Shown piece by piece: positions 50,457 through 63,217 of a stretch of 64,000 bases of DNA. This stretch comes from Octopus sinensis. Lineage: Eukaryota. Within the stretch, counting starts at the first letter, position 1. Every line of letters starts with the position of its first letter. The notes under the pieces were generated by a model. That model saw only the letters and a list, made by a program, of their open reading frames with translations, was not told where the DNA came from and ran no database searches. Both the position numbers and the translations under genes were made by a program. The stretch is from assembly GCF_006345805.1 (NCBI RefSeq), contig NC_043011.1, positions 41,180,464-41,244,463 on the forward strand, given 5' to 3'.

Positions 50457-51924
50457 TAGCACTATGACCCGGCAACGCTGGGTTATAGTGCTGGTGCATG
50501 CATATACAGCTGCGTGTGTGCGCACATACACGCGAGTACTGTCCAAATCTCCGACCAATCACATACAGCTAGCTGGCATTCAATTGGCATATCAAGTTTC
50601 GGGCATTTGGATTGGGTTTTGGATAGAAAATTCACAAAAAAGTCACTTCTATTGACTTTTTAATGGCTTTGCGGGGTGACTGGGGAAATGTAAAGATGTG
50701 CACGACCACCCTTGGACAATTTTGAATGACCATAGAAAGTGCGAGCCCTCTAACTGAAAAATTGCGGATTTGTATAAAGGACACACACACAGACAGACAT
50801 TTTGCCGTTTATATATATAGAGATTCCTTTTAGTAGTGGTGGGGTGGGTAGGGTGGAATGTTTCTGCTGATATATATACTTTCACAATTTGTCCAGACTT
50901 ACTTCCTCTTTCTCTGACAACCGAACTTAATAAACTCAAAGCTCAGTTTTTTTTTTGCCCTTGATATATCGGTGCTGGATTAGCTGTGTGGCTAAGAAAC
51001 TCACTTTGCAATCATGTGGTTTTGGGTTCAGTCCCATTGCATGACACCTTAAGCAAGTATTTTCTGTTATAGCCCCTAGCTAACCAATACCTCGTTAGTA
51101 AATTTGATACACGGAAACTGTGTGAAAGTAAAGAAATAGGAAACTGTGTTAGGTTGGTTATGTCCCCATAACTAGGCCATTTGGCAAAAGAGGCCAATAA
51201 AATAAGCACTAGACTTAAAAATAAGTACTGGGGTTGATTTGCTCAACTAAGCCCATCGATGATGCCCCAGCTTGGCCGCAGTCCAATGACTGATACAAAT
51301 AAAAGATAAAGTATGGAAGGCAATAAGAGGAAAAGAGAACAGCTTTTTTTTTTTTTGGCAACAATACTCACTGGTACCACGAGAAGAGTCGAGATGAAGT
51401 TACTCAGGAATTCAACCAATAATGGTTCAGTCTGCCGGACCACATTGTCGATCTTTAAACTCCGAGGAATTTCTGGGATCAACAGTACGATAGCCTTGAA
51501 GAATTCATCAGCTGCAGTGGAGCAAATAGAAGGACATCGCTAATATAACAAATTATATATAAGACATTTTCATATAAAGAAATGTCAAAATTATAACAAT
51601 CATCATTATCACCAACACCATCATTATTACAGCAAAAGGGGCAGCCCCTTTCTGGCTGGAATCTTCAAAGTCACCATCAACAACATACTTCTTTAAGACA
51701 TATATTCACACAGAGTGAGACATATACACAGCCATATATTATTTATATATATATATATATAGGCGTAGGAGTGGCTGTGTGGTAAGTAGCTTGCTAACAA
51801 ACCACATGGTCCCGGGTTCAGTCCCACTGTGTGGCACCTTGAGTAAATGTCTTCTACTATAGCCTTGGGCCGATCAAAGCCTTGTGAGTGGATTTAGTAG
51901 ACGGAAACTGAAAGAAGCCTGTCA

Positions 51925-51959
<35 letters not shown>

Positions 51960-54900
51960 GTGTGTGTGTGTCTGTGTTTGTCTCCCCAACATCGCTTGAC
52001 AACCGATGCTGGTGTATTTACGTCCCCGTAACTTAGCGGTTCAGCAAAAGAGACTGATAGAATAAGTACTAGGCTTACAAAGAATAAGTCCTGGGGGTCA
52101 ATTCGGTCGAATAAAGACGGTGCTCCAGGATGGCCACAGTCAAATGACTGAAACATATATATACACACACACACATATATATATACACACATATATATAT
52201 ATATACACACATATATATATATATACACACACATACATATATATACACACACATACATATATATATATATACACACATACATATATATATACACACACAT
52301 ACATATATATATACACACACATACATATATATATATACACACATACATATATATATATACACACATACATATATATATATACACACATATATATATATAC
52401 ACACACACACATATATATATATACACACATATATATATATATATACACATACACACACATACATATATATATACACATACATTATATATATATATATACA
52501 CACATATACATACATACACACACATATATACATACATACACACACATATATACATACATACACACACATATATACATACATACACACACATATATACATA
52601 CATACACACACATATATACACACATATATACATACATACACACACATATATACACACATATATACATACATACACACACATATATACACACATATATACA
52701 TACATACACACACACATATATATAAATATATATACATGTACACAAAACTACATATATACACACAAAACTACATACAGAACCATATATACCCCTAAGCAAC
52801 TGCACAACTCCTCAAAGATGTCCATGAAACCATACATAAAAGACACTAAAGACTGAAAGTATCAGAACAGTTATCACCTTAATGTTTGCTTATCTCCTTT
52901 AATTTAATTCAATCCAATTAAAATAACAGGAAAACAAAAAGAAAATATAAAATCAACAACAAAAAAAAAGGATTAAATAAAAAAAAAGAAAAAAGAAAGC
53001 AGTGAGTGACCAACCTTGACCAAGACATTGGTTTAAGAGTGCCACTTGTCCAGAAACTAAGTACAGGCTCAACTGACTATATGTGAACCTTAGTGATGGA
53101 ATTGTGATGAAGCAATATGCAGCACAAGCCTGGAATTGAAGAAAAAAAATACAGAATGGTAAGTAACCATACCGTTTTTTCTGCTGCTTCATGTTGACAT
53201 AAAGGCACCATTTTTCATCACTAGTGATGATGCAATGAAGAGTTACTTTTGATGTTAATGTGAAAAGCTTTTTTTTAAATTTGAAGACAAAATATTTTTT
53301 TTTAAATTTTGATTGGTCTCAATATCAGAGTTGAAGCTGATTAATACATGTAAATATAAGAAAACTTTTTTAAAACTCTGATGATTACGATGATGATGAT
53401 AATAGTTGGAAGCATTTGTAATCTTATACATACATCAATATTTTTAGCTATCACTTTTCATTCATGCCTTTTTTGGTTAAGTACACAAAATGAAAAAAAT
53501 CTGTTACACAGTGTGATGTCAAGTCATTCATAGTTTCAAAAGGTTCACTACATTAGTGCAATAGTTCACACACACACACCACACACACACACAGAGCCAT
53601 ATTTGCATTTACGCTTTCAAAATTTATTGGAAGCACCAAAATCTACGAGTGTCTCTTCTATCATCCTTTATCCATCTTCCATGCTGGTATGAGTTGGACA
53701 GGATCTGGTGCCTCGGGACTGCATCAAGCTCCACTATCTGTTTTGGCATGGTTTCTATGGCTTGATGCCCTTCCTAATGCCAACCACCTGACGGAGTGTT
53801 TTTTTTTTTTTATGGGGCACCAGCACTGACAAAAAGATCCTTTGAGATAGGGGTAGTACTGAAGGAGGTGGCCTGGTGATGAGAGGTTACAGTATGATAG
53901 AAGAATAGAAACAGGGGTCTTGCTGCAGAAACTAGAATTTAGCAGGAGACAAATATCAACCTTACCTTCACAAAAGCAGCAGTCTTTTTTGTGTGTTTCC
54001 CTTTGACAATCTTGTGTGTGGACATAGCAAGCTGGTTCACAGACTGCAGACAGAAATAATGTATATGTTAATCATTTTACAATCTTTTCTACTAAAGCAC
54101 AAAGCCTGAAATTTTTGGGAGAGGGAGCGAGTCAATTATATTGCCTCCAGTGCTTAACTGGTTCTTATTTAATCAAAAACTGAAAAGATGAAAGACAAAG
54201 TCAACCTCAGCAGTATTTGAACCCAAGACGACGAGCTGGCGAGCTGGCAGAAACGTTAGCACGCCGGACGAAATGCATAGCTGTATTTCGTCTGTCGTTA
54301 CGTTCTGAGTTCAAATTTCGCCGAGGTCGACTTTGCCTTTCATCCTTTCGGGGTCAATTAAATAAGTACCAGTTACGCACTGGAGTTGATATAATCGATT
54401 TAATAACTATGTCTGTCCTTGTTTGTCCCCTCTGTGTTTAACCCCTTGTGGGTAATAGAGAAATAAGTATTTGAACCCAAAACACGAAACCAGAAGAAAT
54501 GCCATGAAGCATTTTTATCCAGTGTGCAAATGACTGCTAACTTGCTACCTAATGTTAATGATATGATAATTATATGAGACAAGAGAAGAAGAGATACAAG
54601 AAGGAGAAAGGGAAAGAGAGAATAGGGCAAATGAGAGGGACAAGGAAACGGGGCATAAAAGTGTTTGATCCATTGCTAATAGGCAGGGTCGGATTAAGGC
54701 CTATAGAGACCCTAAGCAGTTAAAAAATTTCAGTGCCCCCATACATATGTAATTCAAAATATAAACAATAATAAACCATAAAATATATAAATTTTTATTT
54801 TTCAAAACTAATAATAAGATGGGAAATAATGTTTATTTTCGTATGCTCCCACTTTATATTTGAAAAGTTTTCTGCTTTTTTTTTAATTGCAAAGTCTTTG

Positions 54901-57900
54901 ATCACATGAACACTTCGAAATCATATTCCTGGTCAGAAACTGCTTCAAATATTATTTTAGCAAGTTTAACCCTTTAGTGTCCAGATTATTCTCTCAAATG
55001 TGATGTTTGTTTATTTATATTGTTTTGAATTAATCATGTATTATCTTGTAGTTTAGAGATTTCAGTGATGTGGTTTTTTTAGTTTTAGAATGACATGGTA
55101 GGGCAGAAGTAAGAGGCAAGCTCTGGTCAGTTTCAATATAAAACAGGTTAAATATTCTGGCCGGATATGGCCGGTTTGAATGCTAAAGGGTTAATACCAT
55201 TTTCTTTTGTGCTGTGAACCATTTACCATTTCAGTGATGCTTCCCCTGCCTTTGATGTCCTAAGCACCTGCTTATTTTGTTTAATGGTTAATCCAGTGCA
55301 GTCAACAGGGATGCATAGTAATTCTATAAATCTGTATGAGTAGGTCTCTGTGAGTGCATGTATTGGGTTATCAGATAAATTTGCATTCTCTTTTTGTTCC
55401 CCGCCCCCATTTAATTTTAATCCCAATTTTTTTATCAACAATTTTAACCAATGAGTCAAAAATATATTCCTCTTCATTGTTCATAACTTCTTGCCAACAT
55501 TCCACAAGCCTATCAATGCCTTGACAGTAGAAATTACTGAATCTTGGCTGCTGTTTCTAGCAGGTTGAGTAATATGAATGTCCTGTCATCAACTCACCAA
55601 AATAAATATGGAGATATTATTCCTTTATATGTTCCAGCCCAAAGGGTGTGGTCATGCTAGGGTACCACCACTTGAGGAAACGTGGCTGTGTGGTAGGAAG
55701 CTTGCTTCCCAACCACATGGTTCCGGGTTCAATATATCAGAGATGAAGCCGATTAATACATAAAAAGGCTCCATTTTTCATTGCTAGTGATCATCATCAT
55801 CATCGTTTAACGTCCGCTTTCTATGCTAGCATGGGTTGGACGGTTCAACTGGGGTCTGGGGAGCCTGAAGGCTGCACCAGGCCAGTCAGATCTGGCAGTG
55901 TTTCTACAGCTGGATGCCCTTCCTAATGCCAACCACTCCGAGAGTGTAGTGGGTGATTTTATGAGCCACCGACACAAGTGCCAGACGAGGCTGGCGAACG
56001 GCCACGCTCGGATGGTGTTTTTTATGTGCCACCGACACAGGTGCCAGACGAGGCTGGCAGACGGCCACGCTCGGATGGTGTTTTTTATGTGCCACCGAGA
56101 CAGGTGCCAGACGAGGCTGGCGAACGGCCACGCTTGGATGGTGTTTTTTTTTTGTGCCACCGACACAGGTGCCAGACGAGGCTGGCGAACGGCCACGATC
56201 GGATGGTGTTTGTTACGTGCCCACAGCACGGAGGCCAGTCGATGCGGTACTGGCTACGGCCACGTTCGGATGGTTTTCTTATGTGCCACCGACACTGGTA
56301 CCACAAAGATACAAATTCCATTGATGTTCATCTATTTTGATTTGGTTTGATTTTGATGCAGTAAAGAGTTATTGTTAACATAAGCTTTTTTAAATTTGAA
56401 GACTAAATATCTTTTTTTTAAATTTTGATCGGTTTCAATATCAGAGACAAAGCTAATTAATACATGTAAATATAAGAAAACTTTTTACAACTCTGAAGAT
56501 GAAGATAGTTGGAAACATTCTCATCTTATACATACACATATCAATATTTCAAAATATTGCTTTTCATTTATGCCTTTTTGGTTAACTGCACAAAATGAAA
56601 AAAGATTTGTTACAGACTGTGATGTTGAGTCATTCATGCTTTCAAAAGGCTCACTACATCAGTGGAAAGGGCAAATCAGTATCATCATGATCATTTTAAT
56701 ATTCACTTTTCCACACTTGCATGGGTCAGACAAAATTCATTGAGGCAGATTTTCCATGGCTGTCATCCAATTCTTACCAGTTTCCAAGTAAGGTAATATT
56801 TCTACATGTCCATACATATTTTCGAGGAAGATTGGAAAGGAAGGAGTCTGCTTGTATGAGGGTGACACTCATTTATAACTATCCAGAGATGTCAAGACAC
56901 ACACAAAACAAACACAAAGACACAAACAAACACACAAACACAAGATGGGTTTGTTTCTGTTTCTGTCAACCAAATCCACTCACAAGGACTTGGTCAACAT
57001 GAGGCTATAGTAGAAGACATGTGCCAAAGGTGCCACATGGAGGACTGAATCTGAACTTAACCATACCTACATCACACATTTGCACACACCCATTATCACC
57101 ATCGTCTGTCCGTTTTCCATGCTGGCATGGGATGGATGGTTTGACCGGGTACTGGCAAACCAGGAGACCACACCAGGCTCTAATCTGATACCTTTGCATT
57201 CCCATGTATGCAAATGTGCGATCTAATTCACATCCCTGTATGTGCAAATAAGTGACCCATTTCATATCCAGCTTTTCATGATTGCATGGGTAGAGATGTT
57301 TCTCTATTCATCTATTCCTTGTTGAAGAAATTCTGTAGCTAGTTGTGTTATCAGCGACCACTTCACAGTCAAGTAAACTGTTGTGAAGTGGTTGGAACTA
57401 AGGACCATGTGGTCTAACTTCTAACCAATCAGCTATTGGCCAATGCAATTCTAGACACGCTAAGAAATCTCAATAGCAACTGATCAATGGTTAAATAACT
57501 GCATAACTTGAGATACTTACATGAATGAGAGCCACAAGGACTGGGTCCAGGTTGCTGAAAGTGGCACGGGCCTCAACGAAAAAGCTGAGTTGCTGCTCAA
57601 AATCTTGGCCAAATGTGACCTTCCGCAGGAAACCAATTATCAAATTACTAATTAACCTCTTCTCATCTTCAAGAGTCAAAGCACTGAAGAAAGAGAAAAA
57701 GAGAGAAATGGAGTAATTATGGATGGTAAAAAGTAGATAATGAGCAGGAGAATAAAGGTAAAAACAAAAAAAAAAGGGTAGCATTGTTTTAGTGGAGACA
57801 AAAGGTGATAGCCATGACCCCTTACAGGGCCTCCAAGACTTGGGGAGCAAGATGTCATCAGATAGGTGACCTGGTTTGAATGTTTGCAACAGAGAGAACC

Positions 57901-60900
57901 CCACTAAAGGCATCCAAGTTGTCAGGTGATTGTGTCAAACCAGGCTGAGGGTTAAGTCTACCACTCAGGTAAGCTGTGGTGGGATTTGAACTCAAAGAGC
58001 TTGAACAAACACCACCAGGCATTCAGTTCAATGTCTTTACAGTTGTACCAGTCTACTTAAAAGGGTTGGTTATTGCTTTTTTGTTTTAATTGACCCTGAG
58101 AGGATGACAAAGTTGCTCACGGCAGGATTAGAACTCAAACCCAGTTTTATTAACAAATGAGCAATCTGAGCTGAGCTGAGCTGAGACCCCCTTCGGTCAT
58201 GGCTGACCATAGGATTGCACCTAGAATGTTACCCTCCCAGGCACAAGTCAGGGCAAGGTTGTTTATGGAAGACCAGCAGTCACCCATGCATAACGACCTC
58301 CCCTCTCCACGCCACCAGTGTTATCCAAAGGAAAGGCAAAGGCCAATACAGCTTGGCACCAGTGACGTCGCAACTCATTTCTACAGCTGAGTGGACTGGA
58401 GCAACGTGAAATAAAGTGTCTTGCTCAAGAGCACAACATGCAGCCCGGTCCAGGATTCGAACTCACAACCTCACGATCGTAAGCTCGACTCTCTAGCCAC
58501 TGAGCCAATCAAACCCAGTTATATTAATGAAAGGAAATTGAGCAATCATGGTAAGAGCAAACAAATCCAGTTATCTTAATGAAAGGCAATGAAATCCAGT
58601 TAAATTAATGAAAGGCAATCAAACTCAATTACTTTAACGAAGGGTAATTAAACCCACTTTCAACTTTCCTAATTTTCCTGTTTGTTTCAAATATTTTGAA
58701 AAATACTTACTTGACAGAGTCATGGGCTACTTTACAAAGAAACATCATGGTGTTGATAATAACAGGGTCATCAGTGGGTTCTGTTTGGTACCTGCAGAGA
58801 TAGAGGTGAGACTGAATGGGTGAGTGAGACAGACAGGAATTGTGAGACAAGAAATAGAGAGAGAAAGACATAGAGGTGAGAAAAAGCAGCAACACAATGG
58901 AAGATATGTGTCACCATCTTTGCTTTAACGTCTGCTTTTCCAGACAAGATTCGTTGAGGAAGATTCACAAAGGCTTGACACTCCTGTTTGTCACCAGTTG
59001 TTTCCAAACAAGCTAATATTTTCCCCCAAGTCTGGGCAAGTTTCCACTGGAAATTACCAACAAATGAACAGTGTAATTTATTTACAATTAATATTTATTA
59101 TCAAGATGAAAGACTCATTCATTCACACACACACATATTGTTGGCATCCTTTTGTCTCAGGAGACAATGGAGTTGCGCATAAACTAATCCAATCTAGTTT
59201 TTACATTTCATGTCCTCTCTAGTTTCCACTCTAGTTTTGCGCAGGCCTGGGCTAGATGTATAAAAATCCTGGGTAGCCCAATCATCAGGATTCCTCTCTC
59301 AACCTTGCTGATGTAGTCCAAACGAGTGCAGAGCATTACCTTTGGCACCAGCTTGGTTGCAGGAGCTGCCGGAAGAGTGTCGAGTCGAACACTAAACCGC
59401 CTATGGGGCTCCACTCCAGATTTCTTTGAAGGTTGTTCCTTTCCGTAACCCTGGATAGGGGCCCATACCGGGTACTGCCAGCCGAGCCCTGGATTCGTGT
59501 CAGGCAGGGTCGTCACTCCCTGAAGTAGTGAAGAAAATCGCTCCCCACTACCTATATATATAAGGTTGGTTGTTATGGCTGGTTGTTTCACACCTATAAA
59601 AGTCTTAGCTATATAGGCAAATCAGACTTGTGTGTGCGTATATGAGATATATATATGTATATATATATATACACATACATACATACACGTGTATGTGTTA
59701 ATATATATATACACACACACATACAGATATATACATATATATATATATATATACCCTCACACACAAGCATACTCATAATGTGCTTCTTTCACTTTCTACT
59801 GACCAAATCCATTCACAAGGCTTTAATTGGCCCAGAAATGCAGAAGGTGCCACACAGTGTAACTAAACTTAAAAACACATGCTTGCAAAGCAAACTTCTT
59901 ATCAACACACCTATGTCTGCAACTCCACCCACCCACACTATATATTAGGTAAAAAGCACCTTGTACAGTCTATAAAGTGGTTGGCATTAGGAAGGGCATC
60001 AAGCCGTAGAAACCATGTCAACCATGTCAAAGCAGACAATAGAGTTTGGTGCAGTGATGGTTATGGTTCGCTAGCTTCTGCACGCATTTTTTTTTCTCCT
60101 TGTTTCTTTCCGTGTTTCTCTTCGAGCGTAGGCTCGAAACGTAAAAGACTTGTTTTATTTATATTCCTGAGCGCCATACTAATACAATTGTTTGTTTGTA
60201 TTCCACCTGCCTTCGTCTTTTGTTTATTTTCATAAAGCTTCCCGTTATATATATGTATATATATTTAAATTTATTTAAATATTTATATATATAAAGACAG
60301 AGAGAGAGAGATGAAGGAGTGATAAGGTGAGGGTTAGTATAAAAAAAAAAACATGTATTTAAACACTGAGGCATTAAGATGGATATGCTCTACCGATTCT
60401 TCAAACCTCTTCCTACTAAAATACAACAAAACAACAATCTGAAAGATAACAACAAATACTAACTTAATAAAAGCTTCCATTATAGATTTGCATGCTTCTA
60501 CCTTCACTGACTCACGCTGGAACATGTCGAGAAATGGCAAAAATTTATCCTGGAAGATAAATGGAAATATTGTTATGTTCATTAGCCTTTCAATACCATG
60601 TGATTCAAAAAGAAGACAGTCAGATAATTATATAATACAAAGTTGTTTACTTCATAAGAATTTAGGAACTACAAAAGACCTGAGATAATTTGTTTTAAAT
60701 GATAAACTCAAAGCAAATGATGATGTAATGCCAGTTCTTCAAGTCTGAAGATCATGAGAAAGAGTGGCAAGCCCTTAAGTGGCTCTGTAAACCGATCGTT
60801 GAATGACAGGGTCTGGTGCAGTTGGGGCAAATAGGCTTTGGTCAGATTGGGGTCCTGACAATGACTTCCCTTCTTTGGTATTTCTTATCCACTGCAGTGG

Positions 60901-61581
60901 CTCAGGCTTTCTCACAATTACTTGCAGCAGTCTGGATGCAACCCCACCACATCTCCGTCAGTGTTGTGACCCTCTCCCATACCATGGTGTCTATCCCTGC
61001 CTGGGTGAGCAAGTGTTTCAGCTAGTCTTTAACATGCTACAAATAATCCTTTCTATTAGGAGCACAAGACCTGAAATTATGAAGGGAGAGGGGACTAGTT
61101 GATTATATCAACCCCAGTGCTCAACTGGTACTTTATTTCATTGACCCTGAAAGGATGAAAAGCAAAGTCAACCATGGCGGAATTTGAACTTAGCATGCTT
61201 TGTGATGTTTAATATGTCTATTTGTTCTAATAACTCTGCTAGCTTAATAACATTAAACAGTAGGTTTAAAAAGAAAAAAAGAACCCTTTAGTGAGAAAAA
61301 GGTCCCACAAGTAGCCCTCAAAAAGGACATGTACAAAATAGGGGAGAAAAGAGTTATGGCCTCAGTAATTTATTTAATTTAAAGAAAAGAAAAAAATGAG
61401 CTAAGAGAAATAAGCCAAAGCAGTGAGAAAAACTTACCAGTCCAAAAAGTACAGAAAAGTTATGAAAGTGAATCAAAACTTTAGAGACGACTGACTGAAG
61501 TTGAGGATAATAGTCTTCATACGCCCGATCTGGGGACATGTGTTTGCTGATATCACTTAACACTGTATTGATTTCACGTTT
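44895..61581 (-). CDS. VPS35L: VPS35 endosomal protein sorting factor-like (C16orf62), 3' part: 11 coding exons, 446 aa
   Basis: Exons 61438-61581, 60464-60549, 58711-58791, 57521-57683, 53966-54043, 53015-53129, 51372-51511, 49445-49610, 47795-47913, 45713-45859, 44895-44996 join in frame (1341 nt) with GT-AG introns and follow the recalled human VPS35L C-terminal half colinearly. Confidence 0.95.
45280..45656 (-). mobile_element. Helitron/Helentron-like non-autonomous element
   Basis: Minus-strand 5' end A|TCTATTATATAAAAGCTGTTCTGTCCGTCTGTGTGTGTC; lands in (TA)n. Confidence 0.5.
45713..45859 (-). CDS. VPS35L: VPS35L exon ([17 protein letters not shown]...[16 protein letters not shown])
   Basis: CAG / GTAAGT, 147 bp, phase 0-0. 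Confidence 0.92.
45954..46795 (+). mobile_element. Internally deleted piggyBac (PGBD4-like) retaining the transposase C-terminus
   Basis: TTAA|CCCCTTAATGGAT ... ATCCATTAAGGGG TIRs; [43 protein letters not shown]...RY...C...PCFKNYH cysteine-rich domain with stops and frameshifts. Confidence 0.85.
47795..47913 (-). CDS. VPS35L: VPS35L exon ([18 protein letters not shown]...[11 protein letters not shown])
   Basis: CAG / GTAAGC, 119 bp, phase 1-0. Confidence 0.95.
48345..48720 (+). mobile_element. CR1-type LINE 3' end
   Basis: [39 protein letters not shown] matches the typical TRGH..K...FF..RV...WN.LP end. Confidence 0.75.
48773..49078 (+). mobile_element. tRNA-derived SINE (OR-like)
   Basis: Same head as 4823-5131. 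Confidence 0.75.
49445..49610 (-). CDS. VPS35L: VPS35L exon ([17 protein letters not shown]...[10 protein letters not shown])
   Basis: CAG / GTAAGA, 166 bp, phase 0-1. Confidence 0.93.
49878..50345 (+). mobile_element. RTE LINE 3' fragment with three C2H2-like zinc fingers
   Basis: [25 protein letters not shown], then [43 protein letters not shown] and [17 protein letters not shown]; one frameshift. Confidence 0.75.
50456..50823 (-). mobile_element. Non-autonomous Helitron (368 bp)
   Basis: Minus strand: TC 5' start, subterminal hairpin (plus-strand CCCGGCAACGCTGGG), CTAG 3' end, in (TA)n. Confidence 0.75.
51372..51511 (-). CDS. VPS35L: VPS35L exon ([16 protein letters not shown]...[16 protein letters not shown])
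   Basis: CAG / GTGAGT, 140 bp, phase 1-0. Confidence 0.95.
51761..52153 (+). mobile_element. Full-length tRNA-derived SINE
   Basis: AGGCGTAGGAGTGGCTGTGTGGTAAG head, internal (TA)n(TG)n, GACTGAAAC tail. Confidence 0.85.
52154..52790. repeat. Compound (TA/CA) repeat
   Basis: RY alternation with about 20-22-bp higher-order units. Confidence 0.92.
53015..53129 (-). CDS. VPS35L: VPS35L exon ([13 protein letters not shown]...[13 protein letters not shown])
   Basis: CAG / GTTGGT, 115 bp, phase 0-1. Confidence 0.95.
53966..54043 (-). CDS. VPS35L: VPS35L exon ([26 protein letters not shown])
   Basis: CAG / GTAAGG, 78 bp, phase 0-0; not in the ORF track. Confidence 0.95.
54235..54470 (+). mobile_element. 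tRNA-derived SINE (Meta-like)
   Basis: Similar to 3956-4189. Confidence 0.8.
54970..55190. mobile_element. piggyBac-type MITE (221 bp)
   Basis: TTAA|CCCTTTAG...CTAAAGGG|TTAA. Confidence 0.85.
55790..56355 (-). mobile_element. Young RTE-tailed SINE with an amplified 63-bp internal tandem array
   Basis: (CAT)n tail at about 55790; unit anchors CCACC at 55966, 56029, 56092, 56157. Confidence 0.8.
57521..57683 (-). CDS. VPS35L: VPS35L exon ([15 protein letters not shown]...[31 protein letters not shown])
   Basis: CAG / GTAAGT, 163 bp, phase 2-0. Confidence 0.96.
58165..58508 (-). mobile_element. tRNA-head SINE with CORE-like domain
   Basis: Same family as 13580-13915. Confidence 0.7.
58711..58791 (-). 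CDS. VPS35L: VPS35L exon ([26 protein letters not shown])
   Basis: CAG / GTAAGT, 81 bp, phase 2-2. Confidence 0.95.
59210..59550 (-). mobile_element. Probable 5' UTR fragment of an RTE-clade LINE
   Basis: GC-rich; GGCAGCTCCTGCAACCAAGCTGGTGCCAAA and AAATCTGGAGTGGAGCCCC resemble recalled RTE 5' UTR motifs; starts next to (TA)n. Confidence 0.45.
60085..60245 (+). mobile_element. Penelope-like short element with a damaged hammerhead core
   Basis: GAGCGTAGGCTCGAAACGTAAAAG is retained, the CUGANGA part is replaced; ends in (TA)n; same family as 987-1378. Confidence 0.7.
60464..60549 (-). CDS. VPS35L: VPS35L exon ([29 protein letters not shown])
   Basis: CAG / GTTAGT, 86 bp, phase 0-2. Confidence 0.96.
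60778..61030 (-). mobile_element. RTE LINE C-terminal fragment
   Basis: [16 protein letters not shown]...WWGCIQ...[19 protein letters not shown] with internal stops. Confidence 0.75.
61438..61581 (-). CDS. VPS35L: VPS35L exon ([48 protein letters not shown])
   Basis: TACTTTCAG / GTAAGT, 144 bp, phase 0-0. Confidence 0.96.
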
Positions 61582-61644
61582 CTGAAAGTATTAATAAAAT
61601 GAATAATAAAAACCTGCTCAGACTGCAACAAAGCATCGCACACA

Positions 61645-61820
61645 CATCATCATCATTTAACGTCCGTTTTCCATGCTAGCATGGGTTGGACGGTTTTGAC
61701 TGAGGGCTGGCAACCAGATGGCTGCACCAGGCTCCAGTCTTGATCTGGCAGGGTTTCTACAGCTTGATGCCCTTCCTAACGCCAACCACTCCGAGAGTGT
61801 AGTGGGTGCTTTTTACGTGC
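61645..61820 (-). mobile_element. RTE-tailed SINE, 5'-truncated
   Basis: (CAT)n tail plus GGAAGGGCATC domain. Confidence 0.75.
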
Positions 61821-63217
61821 CAAGGCAGCCTCTGTCTGGTTGGACAACATGCCAAATATCCAATCCTAAAATCACACCCTGTCTTTTAAATAGGACATGG
61901 TGGATAATGTAGTCTCTAATATACAAAACGATGAGATGGCCACACATGGAACACCTTTGATCATAGGTCTGCTAGATCAGGGTTAAACTGAGGCAAAACA
62001 ACAACAAACAAATACCATGTTAGAATGTGTGAAGGTGCATGGCTTAGTGGTTAGAATGCTGGACTGATGATCATTAGGTTGAGGGTTCAATTCTCAATTG
62101 CAAATCCAATATTTCAAATCTCAAATGCAATTCCTTCAAAGAATTATATGTTAATATGAACAGCAATAATGACATCACCATCATCGTTGATTTTACATCC
62201 ATTATTCTATGCTTGCATGGGTCAAATGAAGTCTTATTGAGACAAATTTTGTATGGCTGAATGCTTTTGCTGTCACCAACCTTCACCAGTTTTCAAGCAA
62301 GGTAATATTTCCCCACTCCCATGGCCAGACATGCTTCCACAGAAGATTGAAAATAAAAGATACCATTTGAATGATGGTGTCACTCAATTATAACTGTCAC
62401 ATAATGTCAAAACAAGGAGACACACACACACTCAATTTCTATCTACCAAATCCACTCATAAGGCTTAAGTGGAAGTCACTTTCCCAAGATGCTGTAAGGT
62501 GGGACTGAACCTGAAACCATGTGGCTGTGAAACAAACTTAACAACACAGCCATGCCTTCACTTTTAAACATCATAATTTGAAATCTGAGTGACCTGCATC
62601 TGTAGCATGTCAGGAAAGCTATTTTAGTTGTTGCGTCATAGCGCAGTTGTGCTATGGCATTCTCCAGCTAATCAGGGCCGGGCACATATGAATACAAGAG
62701 GCAGCTCTCTGCCCATGAAGAGCAGCAGGAGTTTTAACCAGTTAGCAGATAGATGGTAGAAGAGCAACATCTCTCAATATAGAACAGCCTCTCACTAAAT
62801 TGGTAACATTATAAATGGACACCAACTAAAAATCTTAGAAACAAAAGTAGATAACAGATTTATAAAATAATAATACAAACCCCAAAATGTTTTGCAACAT
62901 ACTCTATCCAAACTTCAGCACAGCTAATGTAGTCCTAAAATTTAAAAAAAAAATAAAATGTTAAATTAGGGTTATTATTTTAAAGCTGATAGTTTAACCC
63001 ATTTCTTATATTTCTGCTGACACAGTCTTTCTTTCAATTAATTCTGAAAATAAGGAATTTATCAAAATAACTGTCATTATCCAGCTAGTGTTTGGAACAT
63101 AAATTAGCATGACATGTTGATGGATGATTTTAATTGAGAGCACCTTAAAACAGGGTAGATTTCATATCACAGAACTTAGTTTCAGGAAGTGCAGAGGGAA
63201 GGGGTAAAAAAAGTTAA

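Noticed and set aside
55958-56295. CRISPR-like array or HDV-like ribozyme in the 63-bp repeats
   Set aside because: No unique spacers, no cas genes, eukaryotic SINE context. GCC-UCGUCU-GGC resembles HDV P3/L3, but no P1 partner strand exists.
62590-62775. Intronic H/ACA snoRNA or miRNA candidate (CATAGC/GCTATG hairpin)
   Set aside because: No ANANNA hinge, ACA spacing is wrong (about 21 nt), and the stem is too short for a pre-miRNA; no VPS35L exon frame either.
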